Assembly (NCBI GenBank): GCA_003614675.1
Contig: ML002228.1
Location: 49,260-69,259, forward strand
Direction of reading: 5' to 3'
Length of the DNA: 20,000 nucleotides
DNA from: Dimargaris cristalligena
Lineage: Eukaryota
This document shows positions 10,008 through 20,000 of the stretch, piece by piece. The position numbers and the translations under genes were made by a program. Under the pieces are notes generated by a model. It ran no database searches. It was not told the DNA's origin and saw only the letters and a program-made list of their open reading frames with translations. How positions within the stretch are numbered: position 1 is the first letter of the stretch; each line of letters opens with the position of its first letter.

Positions 10008-12316
10008 AAGCACCCCCTCCTGCCCTCTCCATGACTATGTTCCCCCATTTTTTTTTATTTTGTGTTTATTTTCCTTGTCTATCGGGTTAAAATGCCACAC
10101 TGTATAAATACTTGAATTATTGCTTACAAAATGCCCACCTCTCACGTTGAGAGGGACTATTCAAGAGAGAAACCCAGCTGGTGGAGGTGTCATCTTGGAA
10201 GTAAGCATTGCAGGGTGTTTTCTGTAAACTGAATGATGGTTCTTTTTCGCAATCGATAGTGAGTCCCGAGTTAACACCCGGAGTGGAGTCCATTGTGGCA
10301 TCTTCTTTCAAGTCTCTAATGACCTATATTCTCGATCGTCGGCCTTTGGTGCAAAAAATACATATGAAAAACAGTGTCTATGGTCAACCTGTCCCTCCAA
10401 CCACCCCCTTTTTATTACCATACAGCCTACATCAGTTTCAACTATGGATGCGGGGGTTTCGAAATAAGTGACCAAATCTTGTACAGTGGATGGTTGTCTT
10501 CTCCACCCCCCTCCCCCCCCCCCAAAAAAAAAGATTATAATAATAAGATTGTCCTCACTCATTCCATTTCACTCAAGAAGCGATTCGTTCCTTATTCTAT
10601 AAAGCAGATGTGGCGAATGCCGGTATGTTTTGACCCTTGACTGTCGAAAGACACCCGCTGATAGTGCGCCGTGCATACCCATAATTAGCAGTGCAGCGAG
10701 AGTGTGGGGCGCATTAGGTAAGGTACAGGTCGAATTGTCCCTCGGTTATGTGATGAATTCTTCCTACCTAACCCATGCTTGCTTAAACTGGGAATGCCTA
10801 TACTGACAACAACACGAAAGGTGTGGGCAAAGGGCTCTCGCTCGGGGAAATAGGATTCCCCGACCTCGCCACCTTTGTAACTACCCCCCTCCCCCTTCTT
10901 TGGGCTTCTGTACTGAAGCCGCTCCGGCATGACGGACATCCTGCGCCGTCGAATCGAAATCCATGGGTTATTTATTTGTAGATGTACCATTGGCTATTTG
11001 GGCTTATCGGGTCAAGAGTCCAAAGATGTATCTATTCAAGCCATAAGGTAAACCAGGGGTGATTTTGGTTTTTGTATAGCAGCCGTTCCAGAGGTACCTG
11101 CTCTTAATCGTTTGTATGGTGATGGTTATAGGAGGTGGGGGGGAGGAGGAAGAGTGCGCCCTGAGAACCGGACATGTCGTTTACGTCCATCCCCTGCATC
11201 CTTGCCTTTGCCACCTAAATTGCTGTGGGATCCTTCTTTCGTCTGTGTAGTTTTCCTATTGGAATTAATCGCTTGTTCTACAGCGTGATAGGCTGTCCGT
11301 TCCCCGAAAATAAACACAAAGGCAAGCAGGCGTCCCTTCCGGAGTTGAAAACCGGGAACCGTTAACCCAATTGGATGACATATAGGAGTGGGGGGGGTTC
11401 ATTTTCATGATTGTCGTGGTAGGGCGAGTGGTTCAAAGTCACTCGAGTTACCCACACTGTGGTGGGCATATCGCTTAGAGCTGGGACCCAGCATTGTGCA
11501 TTTTTTATATATAAAACCTTGGCGGAAAATAATGGAAATATAACCCAAGAGGCAATGTAATATAAAAATCCTGGCTAATAGTTAATCTGGGCGAATTTCG
11601 GCCCCGCTGTAAAAGGGTAGACATGATATGGATATGGGTAGGGGATGTTAGGCGAGCGATTCATTCGCAATCAATAATGGTTGCCTCACCCAACAGATTT
11701 TTCAGTATACAGCCTAGTTGAACCTCTCCCATCTTTACGGTAGTAGGGCGCGCTCTTAGGGCCGACTGATATACAGGACAAGGTGAAGTTAACCTTTTCA
11801 CCCAGTGCCATTATTGACCGGAGCCCCACTTTCTGTAGTTGACAGAGGACACCATCTGTGGCCTCCGACTGGACAGGAGGATTGATATAATTATCCATAT
11901 AAAAGGCCCCGACTACCTGGTCCTTTTCGATTGTCTCCCTTGGCCACTAGGCGGGACAGTATGTCAAAGACGTGTGTCCGTTGATCGGAGTTTGCTGACT
12001 TCATATTGAGTATTTGCGCTAGGCCCCGACGAATGAAATGGCAAGTACATTAGGGGCCGCGTTAGTCCCAGGCCACCCAATTGCGGGCTTCTTTAAACTA
12101 TCGCCAACAGTGGCCCACCTTCAACTATAAGCGCTAGGGAGGGTGGAGAGGGGCGAAGAGCCAGAGGAAAACAGAGGGGGGGGGCATGGGCACCTGTGGT
12201 CCAGCTGGAGCAAAGGAACGGGGGGAGGGAATTGGCAAAAAAAAAATGGGGTTGGCGGCATTGGTGACGGGGAGTTCCTCACTGCTGGAGATGCCAGTGT
12301 ATCCCGGTCGCAGCCG

Positions 12317-12324
12317 TATATAAA
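12317..12324 (+). promoter_or_regulatory. TATA box candidate upstream of the expansin-like gene
   Basis: TATATAAA 360 nt before the ATG at 12677, between a G-rich tract and a pyrimidine-rich leader. Confidence 0.35.
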
Positions 12325-12602
12325 CCCCAGTGGTTCCCCCCCTTTCATGACTCGACATTCCATTTCTTCCTACCTTCATTTGAATAGCCCCCTGGTCTGC
12401 TCTTGCGCGACTAGTTTCCACTGCTTTGACATCGCATCCAGCTTGTATTTATAGTGTCCATCATTTTCTCCCTGGTGAACCCCGTTTGCCCTACGTAGCT
12501 AACACCAACATATTTTAATCCCAATATCTCTCCGTCTCTCTTCTTCAATTCGTTTAAGTTACAGTGGTAGTGTCCGTATCTATTGCCTGCATCCCCTCCA
12601 AT

Positions 12603-12624
12603 TATATATATATATATATATATA
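12603..12624. repeat. (TA)11 microsatellite
   Basis: Seen directly, about 50 nt upstream of the ATG at 12677. Confidence 0.9.
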
Positions 12625-12676
12625 AAAGAAGGAAAATAACTTTATCTATCCCCCAAGTACGCCCCCCCAATCTACC

Positions 12677-13123
12677 ATGCTGCCAAACCTCTTGCTCGCA
12701 ACGCTGGCCGTTGTGGTCCTTTCGGCGTGTTCCACCTTTGCCTCGCTCAGCGGGAACCAAGTAATTACCCCCCATAACTGGGTGATTATGCATGATCAAT
12801 TAGCTAATAATCCCCCAGCCTGCGAAATGCCCTACGCCGAGCTTCGCCTGGAACGTATCACGGCCGTCCAGGGCCTGGTCAAGGGCAGTATGTGCGGTAA
12901 ATGCATCAAAGTCGCCAATGCCGCTGATCCCCAGAAATCCATGTACGTTCTGGTAGTTGATATGGGAGGCCGCGGCTTGGATGTCAGTACCGTGGCTTAT
13001 AAACAAATCTTTGGGCAAGACACGGATCCGGCCAGTGCCGTTTGGACCGAGGCCCCCGATAGCGCATGCGCCGGAGTCTGGAATAAGAGGCGCTCGAGCA
13101 CTATCAATACGAGACGTCGCTAG
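12677..13123 (+). CDS. Secreted RlpA-like double-psi beta-barrel protein (expansin domain 1 / loosenin / cerato-platanin-like), 148 aa, intronless
   Basis: Signal peptide MLPNLLLATLAVVVLSACSTFA, then PAC, ITAV, MCGKCIKV, YVLVVD, GLDVS and a terminal W..C pattern typical of DPBB expansin-like proteins. GC-rich third positions. Confidence 0.82.
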   Translation: MLPNLLLATLAVVVLSACSTFASLSGNQVITPHNWVIMHDQLANNPPACEMPYAELRLERITAVQGLVKGSMCGKCIKVANAADPQKSMYVLVVDMGGRGLDVSTVAYKQIFGQDTDPASAVWTEAPDSACAGVWNKRRSSTINTRRR

Positions 13124-14048
13124 GTGCCGCCCTCATCATTGAATCCTGTCGTATCAATATTATGATTTCATTACCCCATCGTATTCGGTCAATTGTATCA
13201 TCAGGTCTAGCGTGAATGGGATCGTCGACATGTCCTTTATTGGTCTGCTAAACCCCGCCGCCCTGATTATCGTTATTGACCGGCCCTCCCTTCTGACCAT
13301 GATTCAGATATTTTAAAACGCCCTGGATGTTTCAGGGCCATTCCCAATAAACCATTTTTTGCAGTCAATAGACACGATTGAGAAAGGTTATCCACAATGT
13401 GGCCAGAGGTGGGCAATTGGCGGCCCAGGGAAAGGGTGTATTTTGGAGTCCACGATCGAGAATACGCTAACGAACTTCGTCATGAATAGCCATGTTTCAC
13501 CAAGAAAGCAGCGTATATAAAAGGGTAATAACGGGCAGGTAGTAATGGCATGCCAAACCCTTTGACCGGGGAAAATATCCTCCTATCACACTCTTCAGGC
13601 CCATTCGTTCAGCCAATTGGCCATCGTTCGATTGACCAACTCATACTTTAGCATCGGATAATTGGAGGGCATAAGTGCGTAAATTTCCGTAGTTTATAAT
13701 TTAGCCTCAACCAGTTTGGGGAGCCATAGTCCAGTTTGAGGTAGATAAACAATAATAAGACGCACCATAGCCGCGGTTAACTCAAACCGATTATCCCTTC
13801 AGCTAGCCAATCATAACTGCTTAACTGTTCTTTACCCATTCAACCAAGTATCACGGATATTGATTTGTAGTACACGTGGGAGGTAGACGATTTATTTAAA
13901 CAGACGCGATGATATCAATACGGCGATGCTTGCTCGTATTCGACGCTATCGGCTAGTCTCCTGGTTAGTAGAAACTCCCTATTCGATATAATGCCTAATA
14001 TCTTCCCACAAAAAATCGAGCAGGTTGACGGGGTGGGGTATAGCGTAA

Positions 14049-14700
14049 TTACTTCTGCTTGGATTGTTCTTCCATCATGGCGGCATTCTGCTCAGCGAAC
14101 CGCTGGCCAACACGTTCAGCGTGTTTCATGAATTTGTCGGTGCACCGGGACACGCAGCCCTCCTGAAGCGTTCGATTTGGTAAGTGTTTAGGATATAGTA
14201 GATTAGGGATAGCTGGTTAGAAACAGCGGGCATGGTCAGACAATACATCGAGGACCGTAATTTGAAGACTCGCGCAGCTAGGGGTTTAGGTCGTGGCGTA
14301 TATAGCCGTTAATCACCAGGTTCAGGTGGGTAATAATAATAATATCCTACTAAATCCGCAAAACTAGTCAACTTACCTCACGGGAAGACATGGTCTTGGA
14401 AGTAAAGTCGCTAACACAGCTATCGAAGCAGCGTTGGACCAGATTCGAGTAGAGGCGCATGAAGTCACGCATCTAAGGGAAGGTAACGGGGGCGATCGAA
14501 CAATGGATAAACGAGGGACATTAGTTGGGGGCCTTGGGGTGGGATAAGGGAGGCGGGTGCACAGGTTCACGTCTCCCCATTGATCCAGGCAAGAGGTGTT
14601 AATGACAGGTAACCGCCTGGAATGAGATCCATACCTGATTGCGTTCCATGAGCTGCTGCATGCGCATGCTATCGGCTTCGTTGAATTGACTGAAATCCAT
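14049..14700 (-). CDS. TIM9: Mitochondrial intermembrane space small Tim chaperone Tim9, 91 aa, 3 exons
   Basis: Exons 14700-14635, 14472-14377 and 14162-14049 (GT-AG, phase 0) give [91 protein letters not shown]. Twin CX3C motif. Confidence 0.95.
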
Positions 14701-15327
14701 TGTGAGTAAAAGAGGGGGGATACTTGAATCAAGGGACGGGAAAATGTACAAAACAAAGAAGGAATAGTATACCAATAGACGATATATCTTAATGGAAGGA
14801 ATGTGGGAATAGGCGATTAACTGATTCAAGGCAAAAGGGGGAGGATTGGGTGACGGAAGGCGCAGGCAAAGCGTAGGTTACGCCGGCCAGAGCATTTAGT
14901 CCAGGAGATTCGTGTTAGTTTAAACCGCCTCTGAATTTCGCATACCTTCCTAATGAACCCTCCTCCCTCACTCAGCTTTTCACGATGGGTGCGGCTCCCA
15001 TTCTTAGGCTCCGCGATACTGTCGTTTACTACCCACGTGATCATATAATCGTTAAACCCCACTGTATATGGGAGCCCAAATGTGGGGGCTCAAAACGATA
15101 GGAGTAGTGCAGCAGTCTGTATTCCTCTCCTTCGAGCCCATCAGGCTCCTACACTCTCAACCTTGTCAAAGCGAAGCAGATTCGGCTGAACTTACATTTC
15201 GAAAGGTCAGCGGTAGAGCTCGTCTGAACGCCTAGAAGCTAGCCGCATTTACCCCGTTACCCCCAACCTAGCCTTCCATTTACCTATAGTATCCTTTTAG
15301 TGGCTAATTACCCAATTCCACCGAGCG
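14701..15327. promoter_or_regulatory. Divergent (probable bidirectional) promoter region of TIM9 and the ASNSD1-like gene
   Basis: 627 bp between head-to-head start codons. No specific element identified. Confidence 0.45.
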
Positions 15328-17737
15328 ATGTGTGGAATTCTCTTTGGTGCTAGTCCCGCTTCGTTTCAGGCCCCCGAGAAGGCTCAGTGGGAAGGGCTTA
15401 AGACTGCTCTGAATCGACGGGGGCCCGATGCTCAAAAAGAGGTATGTTTGACCGAGCCAGCGCAGTTGTCAGACCCGGCCGAACCCCAACTGTCTCTATA
15501 CGGCTATGCCACCGTGCTTCACCTCCGGGGGGAGCAGACTGTAGCCCAGCCCTTACAAGACCCGAACAATAACTACATCTTCTTTTGGAATGGGGAAGTG
15601 TTTGACAGTTTACAAGTAAGTGTTGGCATCATACTTACAACTGCTATAATTAGACCCCGCCCTCAGTTTATGAAATGGCTCGGGAGCGTCACGAAGTACT
15701 CCTTCACTTATTCACTTTCAAAGGCCTTTCCAAAAACCATTCAATTGAATCCTAGATAGACCCTCATTGTAATGACACCACCGTGGTTTTCGATGCCCTG
15801 GTAGCGGCGTCGAATAACTCTGACCCCACAGTCGCACGCCGTTTCTTTCTCGACGCTATCCAGCGAGTTGGTGGGCCGTTTGCCTTTGTATTTTATAATG
15901 TAAGTGTCCAGATTTGGTGATAGTATTAAAGGAAATTACGTCTGTCCGTGGCCTAGGACGTAGTGAAATATCTGCCCTCTTGCACCCTTAAATACTGACA
16001 GCGTATAGATGGTCGCATCCGCCTTGTTGTATTATTTGATGTGTATTAGTGCCGAACTGGGGATGTATGGTTTTCCCGCGACTGTCTAGGAAGACGATCA
16101 TTATTATGGCGACTGCCTGATTCTGATCATCCCAGTTTTTGGTTGAGCTCCGTCATTTGTACTGAGGGCGAGCCAGCTCCTAGCGGTCAATGGCAAGAAG
16201 TATCCGCCCATGGCATTTATCGACTGGATACTCGCCAATGGTTGTCAAATCCGGAGAAATTTAGCGAATCCCTGACCTGCTATCGGTGGTCCTCTTTGCC
16301 AGCAACTCCAACTTCCCTATCGGGCATCTCGGGGATCGAAGCGGTACCCCAACTCCAGTTGCCCTACCAATCTGTCAATAAGGAGGAACCCCTGTCCACC
16401 CAGTTAGTGGGAGCCCCGGCCTCTCAATCCGCACCAGATTCAGGCTCATCCCAATCGAACAGCTGCCCCTCGCTCGATGAACTGGTTTATCCCCTGGATA
16501 TGCAGCAATACGCTCAGGCATTTATAGGCATACTACGGCAAGCCTTACGCGAGCGGGTCGAAACCATTCCTTCGACCCTATCCTTGCTGGGTCCGGACTC
16601 GACCCGAGTGGCGGTCCTATTTTCCGGGGGCGTCGACTGCCTGTGCCTCGCGGCCCTGCTCCACCAAATACTTCCTCCGGGAGAGCCCATCGACCTCATC
16701 AATGTGGCATTCGAAAACCCTCGCACAACTCAATTGCCCGCGTCTTCCCAGGGTCCGAAACACCGCGGGTCTTTCTACCATGGCCCACCCTACCAAATGA
16801 CCCTACCCTCGGGGGAGGTATACTTATTTGATGAGAAGGAGTACCATCGGTTATTTGATGTCCCCGATCGCCTCACGGGTCGGGCCAGCTTTAGGGCCCT
16901 CGCCGAATGGGCCCCCCAGCGTACCTGGCGATTCGTAGCCGTTAATGTCCCGTACAGTCAAGTCGAAGTGCAGCGGACCCGGATCACTCAGCTCATGCAA
17001 CCTGCCCATACCGTCATGGATTGGAGCATCGCTCTGGCCCTGTGGTTTGCGGCCACTGGTGAAGGCTATTTGGAACCTTGGCAGACCGAGCATGAGGTGC
17101 CGATATCCCCGACTATTCAACTCCAGGCATACCGCTCACCGGCACCGGTGCTGTTGCTCGGAATGGGTGCGGACGAGCAATTGGGTGGGTATTCTAAACA
17201 CCGCGACCGGTTTGAAGCCCAGGGCTGGGTTGGCCTGGTGGAGGAGGTAGGTTGATTCATTTTCCCATATTATATCAATACTTACAAATGTACACCATTA
17301 TTTTACTATGCACGCTCCTATTGTGCCGAAAGTTCTCGGTTGATTATCCCATTAACTGTATTTTACCCACCGAGTACTAATCGATGCTTGTTTTTTTCTC
17401 TCTATTATCGATTGGTCATTAGATGCAAGGCCAAATTGATCGAATCGCTATCCGCAATCTCGGACGCGATGATCGAATTATTAGTGACCATGGTAAGGAG
17501 TCCCGTTTTCCCTTCTTGTCCCACCGGGTCGTGGATTTCCTCTGCTCCGTCCCCGTGCACTACAAAGCCGACCTGCGCTTCCAGCGTGGGATCGGTGAAA
17601 AGATACTGCTGCGCTATGCTTTACGCCAACTCGGGTTGCCGCTGTCCGCATGTCAACAGTGGAAAAAGGCTATCCAGTTCGGCGCCCGAACCGCCAAGAT
17701 GACCTCGGGAAAAGATAAGGGCACTGATAAAATATAG
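15328..17737 (+). CDS. ASNSD1: Asparagine synthetase domain-containing protein (ASNSD1/YML096W-like), about 647 aa, 4 exons
   Basis: Exons 15328-15615, 15756-15899, 16050-17246 and 17423-17737, all phase 0 GT-AG. Motifs MCGI (Ntn Cys2), RRGPD, VLHLRG, WNGEVF, NDT, RDCLGRRSLL, AVLFSGGVDC, IDLINVAFENPR, VPDRLTG, GMGADEQLGGYSKH, RNLGRDDRIISDHGKESRFPFL, KKAIQFGARTAKM. Confidence 0.93.
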
Positions 17738-18845
17738 AATGTAATGGCTATTCACTACCTTGCTAAAAAATTATGTTGCTAAATATTATAATGGTTTGAA
17801 GGGGATAGATGGAGAAAGTCTCGCTGGAAACAAAATGGGCCATAGGAAACCACCAATGGCCTGTAAGCCCTTAACATATCCGATGGCAAGTTGGTCTTAT
17901 TCAGACGACTGCAAGATTTATTAAGCGATACCACCAGCTCTTTAATCGAATGGGTTACTTTTTGACTACTAGATAATCATCATGCTATCCTTTGGCGGAA
18001 AGTTGGGGCGGGGTGACGGGTGACCTGTGATAATACAATTTGCATCTATGTTTCTACATGTCGGGATGTCAACATTCGAGAACGGCACAGGGTGTCAAGG
18101 TTCAGTAAACATATGAAGTGTCGCGAGACAGTCACCAATTGGTTTCAAATGCCCGGCTATCAATTATTTGGATGTTGGCTACTGATTTTCAATGGTATGG
18201 TGATTCTGGTAAATATTTCCACACTTTTAGAAAGGCTATGCCCTGACTGTTATGCACACAATTGGTTGAATTGTAATGCGTTATGCCAATTTTATGACGC
18301 CTATTTTAAATATGGAGTGCAATTCGGTATATTTAAACAATTGTTTCGAGACCCTGGTTCGATAAGCCACCTTAAAAACGCGTTGTGGTGTTCTATGTGT
18401 AGTGTGGTGAGCACATCAGTGATCAGCCTTCACTGTTTAGCTATCAGTTCATCTGGTGATAGTAATGCCAAAGTGACGATTATCGACTATTTTAATGATT
18501 CCAGCTGATATGACGAGTTTTATGAGAATGTTTCCACGCCTTTCGGGGAGTCAACGCCCGACTAGTGATTCTGATTTTATGATAATGACCATGCGCTATG
18601 ATGGATTTATGACGACAATTGGAAATGTAAAATACAATTTTTAGGGTATTTAAATGCCTGCTTTATAACCTCAGTTCAGGGAGTCCTCTTCCTCCCAGGA
18701 AAGCGATATTATTTTGCTCATACCTTCCCATTGCTTTCACGACCTTAGAATTCCATTGCAATAATCATTCGTAAATAAATATTTTATTCATTAAAATCGG
18801 CTTGTTTCTACTAGTATATGGGAGTAGTTCAACAAGGCTGTATAA

Positions 18846-18916
18846 CGAAAAATCCATTTGATGAGGCAAGTACTGCTGGTTGAAAATAAACATCCCACCG
18901 ATTTTCCCATACACAT
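18846..18916 (+). repeat. Left arm of long inverted repeat
   Basis: 18853-18916 is the exact reverse complement of 19930-19993 (64 bp). 69/71 matches when extended to 18846 / 20000. Confidence 0.95.
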
Positions 18917-19720
18917 ATCGGTTAAACCCCTATACAACCAAGCTGAACTTCACCCATATTTATTGTTTCTGTAGCCTGATTGTTATTATGCCACCCCCCT
19001 CTTTTGATCCTTCCGGGGCCAACGTTCCTTTCTTGGTCGGTCAGGAAACGCCCCCATCGACGTCCTCTACAGGAGCCCGTGACTCCTACTTGTATCCCCC
19101 AACCTGGCACCGCGAAACCCGAAAATCATGGCAACATAAAAATGTAGCTATGCGAATTAGCCCGTCGATATATAACCGGGAAGACTAATGATTACGGTTT
19201 TGAAATAGCGAATAATCTATTCGAAAACGCTACAAGATGATTCAACAAATAACTGATAATAATAGAAGGGAATGCTGAATGTTATATCGAATGTGAAAAA
19301 AGAGGCAGAAATAGTTAAAGAAAGGGTGTCATTCTGTGGTCGGATTCCCGCGCTTTAATGAGGGAACTAGGTAATGTCGACACCTGGTTCTCAAAGATCA
19401 GTCGATTTTAATCGCACCGACTACTAAGCATAGTAACGAGCATGACACCAAGCATAAACCAAAAGAAAAACATATGAACAAGTGGACTACCATACTCATT
19501 TTATTAAATAAATAAATGACGCCGTTCGACTAGACAGGGTGTTCTGGGATTGTTTGCAAAATCTATTATAAACCCACAATATTAACTGTAATATGGCAGT
19601 GGCGAGGTGAATTATACAGATAATTATTTTATTCTCTATACTAGTATCGATAAAAAGCGAAAAATTACAAACAATAAAAAAATAATCAAATTATAAGATG
19701 TATTAATGCGGAGTAAAAAT

Positions 19721-19770
19721 ATGTAAGTGATTAGAAGTGAAATGAAGTGAATTGAAGTGATTTGATTGAA
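19721..19770. repeat. Degenerate 10-bp tandem repeat (nnnGAAGTGA-like, about 5 units)
   Basis: Units atgtaagtga, ttagaagtga, aatgaagtga, attgaagtga, tttgattgaa. Confidence 0.7.
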
Positions 19771-19929
19771 CCTACTTTCATAAATAACTACCTCTAAGAA
19801 AATGAGATTTGGTGGAGTAAATATACTGGAACAACGAAGTCGGATTCAATAATATTTATGGGCCTATGGAATAACCAGCAAGTAATAATAGCTCTCCAGC
19901 GCTATGGCCTGGATTCTTTTTCCATCGGA

Positions 19930-20000
19930 ATGTGTATGGGAAAATCGGTGGGATGTTTATTTTCAACCAGCAGTACTTGCCTCATCAAATGGAATATTCG
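19930..20000 (-). repeat. Right arm of long inverted repeat (truncated by window edge)
   Basis: Reverse complement of 18846-18916 with 2 mismatches, at 19994 and 19996. Confidence 0.95.

Larger units (their letters stand above)
18846..20000. mobile_element. Putative non-autonomous terminal-inverted-repeat DNA element (at least 1.15 kb), or inverted duplication
   Basis: Long near-perfect inverted arms around about 1 kb of mostly AT-rich DNA with no recognisable transposase. Outer ends and target-site duplication are not visible. Confidence 0.35.

Noticed and set aside
10749..10810. Box C/D snoRNA-like pattern (GTGATGA ... CTGA) with partial resemblance to an 18S antisense guide
   Set aside because: Only about 57 nt between boxes, weak terminal stem and a mismatched guide. 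Likely chance; would need snoscan/Infernal.
13320..13338. Hairpin GCCCTGGA-TGT-TTCAGGGC downstream of the expansin-like gene
   Set aside because: 8-bp stem with a G-U pair is expected by chance; bacterial-style terminators do not apply.
15068..15235. 55-codon ORF upstream of ASNSD1, recalling the vertebrate ASDURF uORF
   Set aside because: No prefoldin-like coiled-coil character; length consistent with chance.
16620..16645. SGGVDC in place of the SGGLDS PP-loop motif
   Set aside because: To my knowledge this Cys variant is usual in fungal ASNSD1/YML096W proteins, so it is not novel.
16514..17702. Antisense and alternative-frame ORFs over ASNSD1 (likewise 9269-9514, 5090-5311, 12800-13018)
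   Set aside because: Shadow ORFs of GC-rich real coding sequence.
1..20000. tRNA, rRNA, CRISPR array or transposase/reverse transcriptase ORF
   Set aside because: GTTCGA hits lack cloverleaf context; no repeat-spacer array or DDE/RT motifs were seen.

Overview
Eukaryotic, fungal-type genomic DNA with spliceosomal introns of 100-260 nt (early-diverging fungus inferred, not proven). I reconstructed six genes by hand from splice sites and frames. (1) A 7-exon LOG-family phosphoribohydrolase (-, 415-2234) with a probable GC-AG intron. (2) A 2-exon secreted protein with an F-box-like motif and ankyrin-like helices (-, 4769-5987). (3) A PPIL2/Cyp60-type cyclophilin that appears to lack the N-terminal U-box half (+, 8814-10007). 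(4) A secreted expansin/loosenin-like double-psi beta-barrel protein (+, 12677-13123). (5) TIM9 (-, 14049-14700), head-to-head with (6) an ASNSD1/YML096W-like gene (+, 15328-17737). A perfect 64-bp inverted repeat (18853-18916 / 19930-19993) brackets about 1 kb of AT-rich DNA and runs to the window edge. The most interesting items are the secreted F-box/ankyrin effector candidate, the U-box-less PPIL2 and the long inverted repeat. All product calls come from motif recognition, not database searches.
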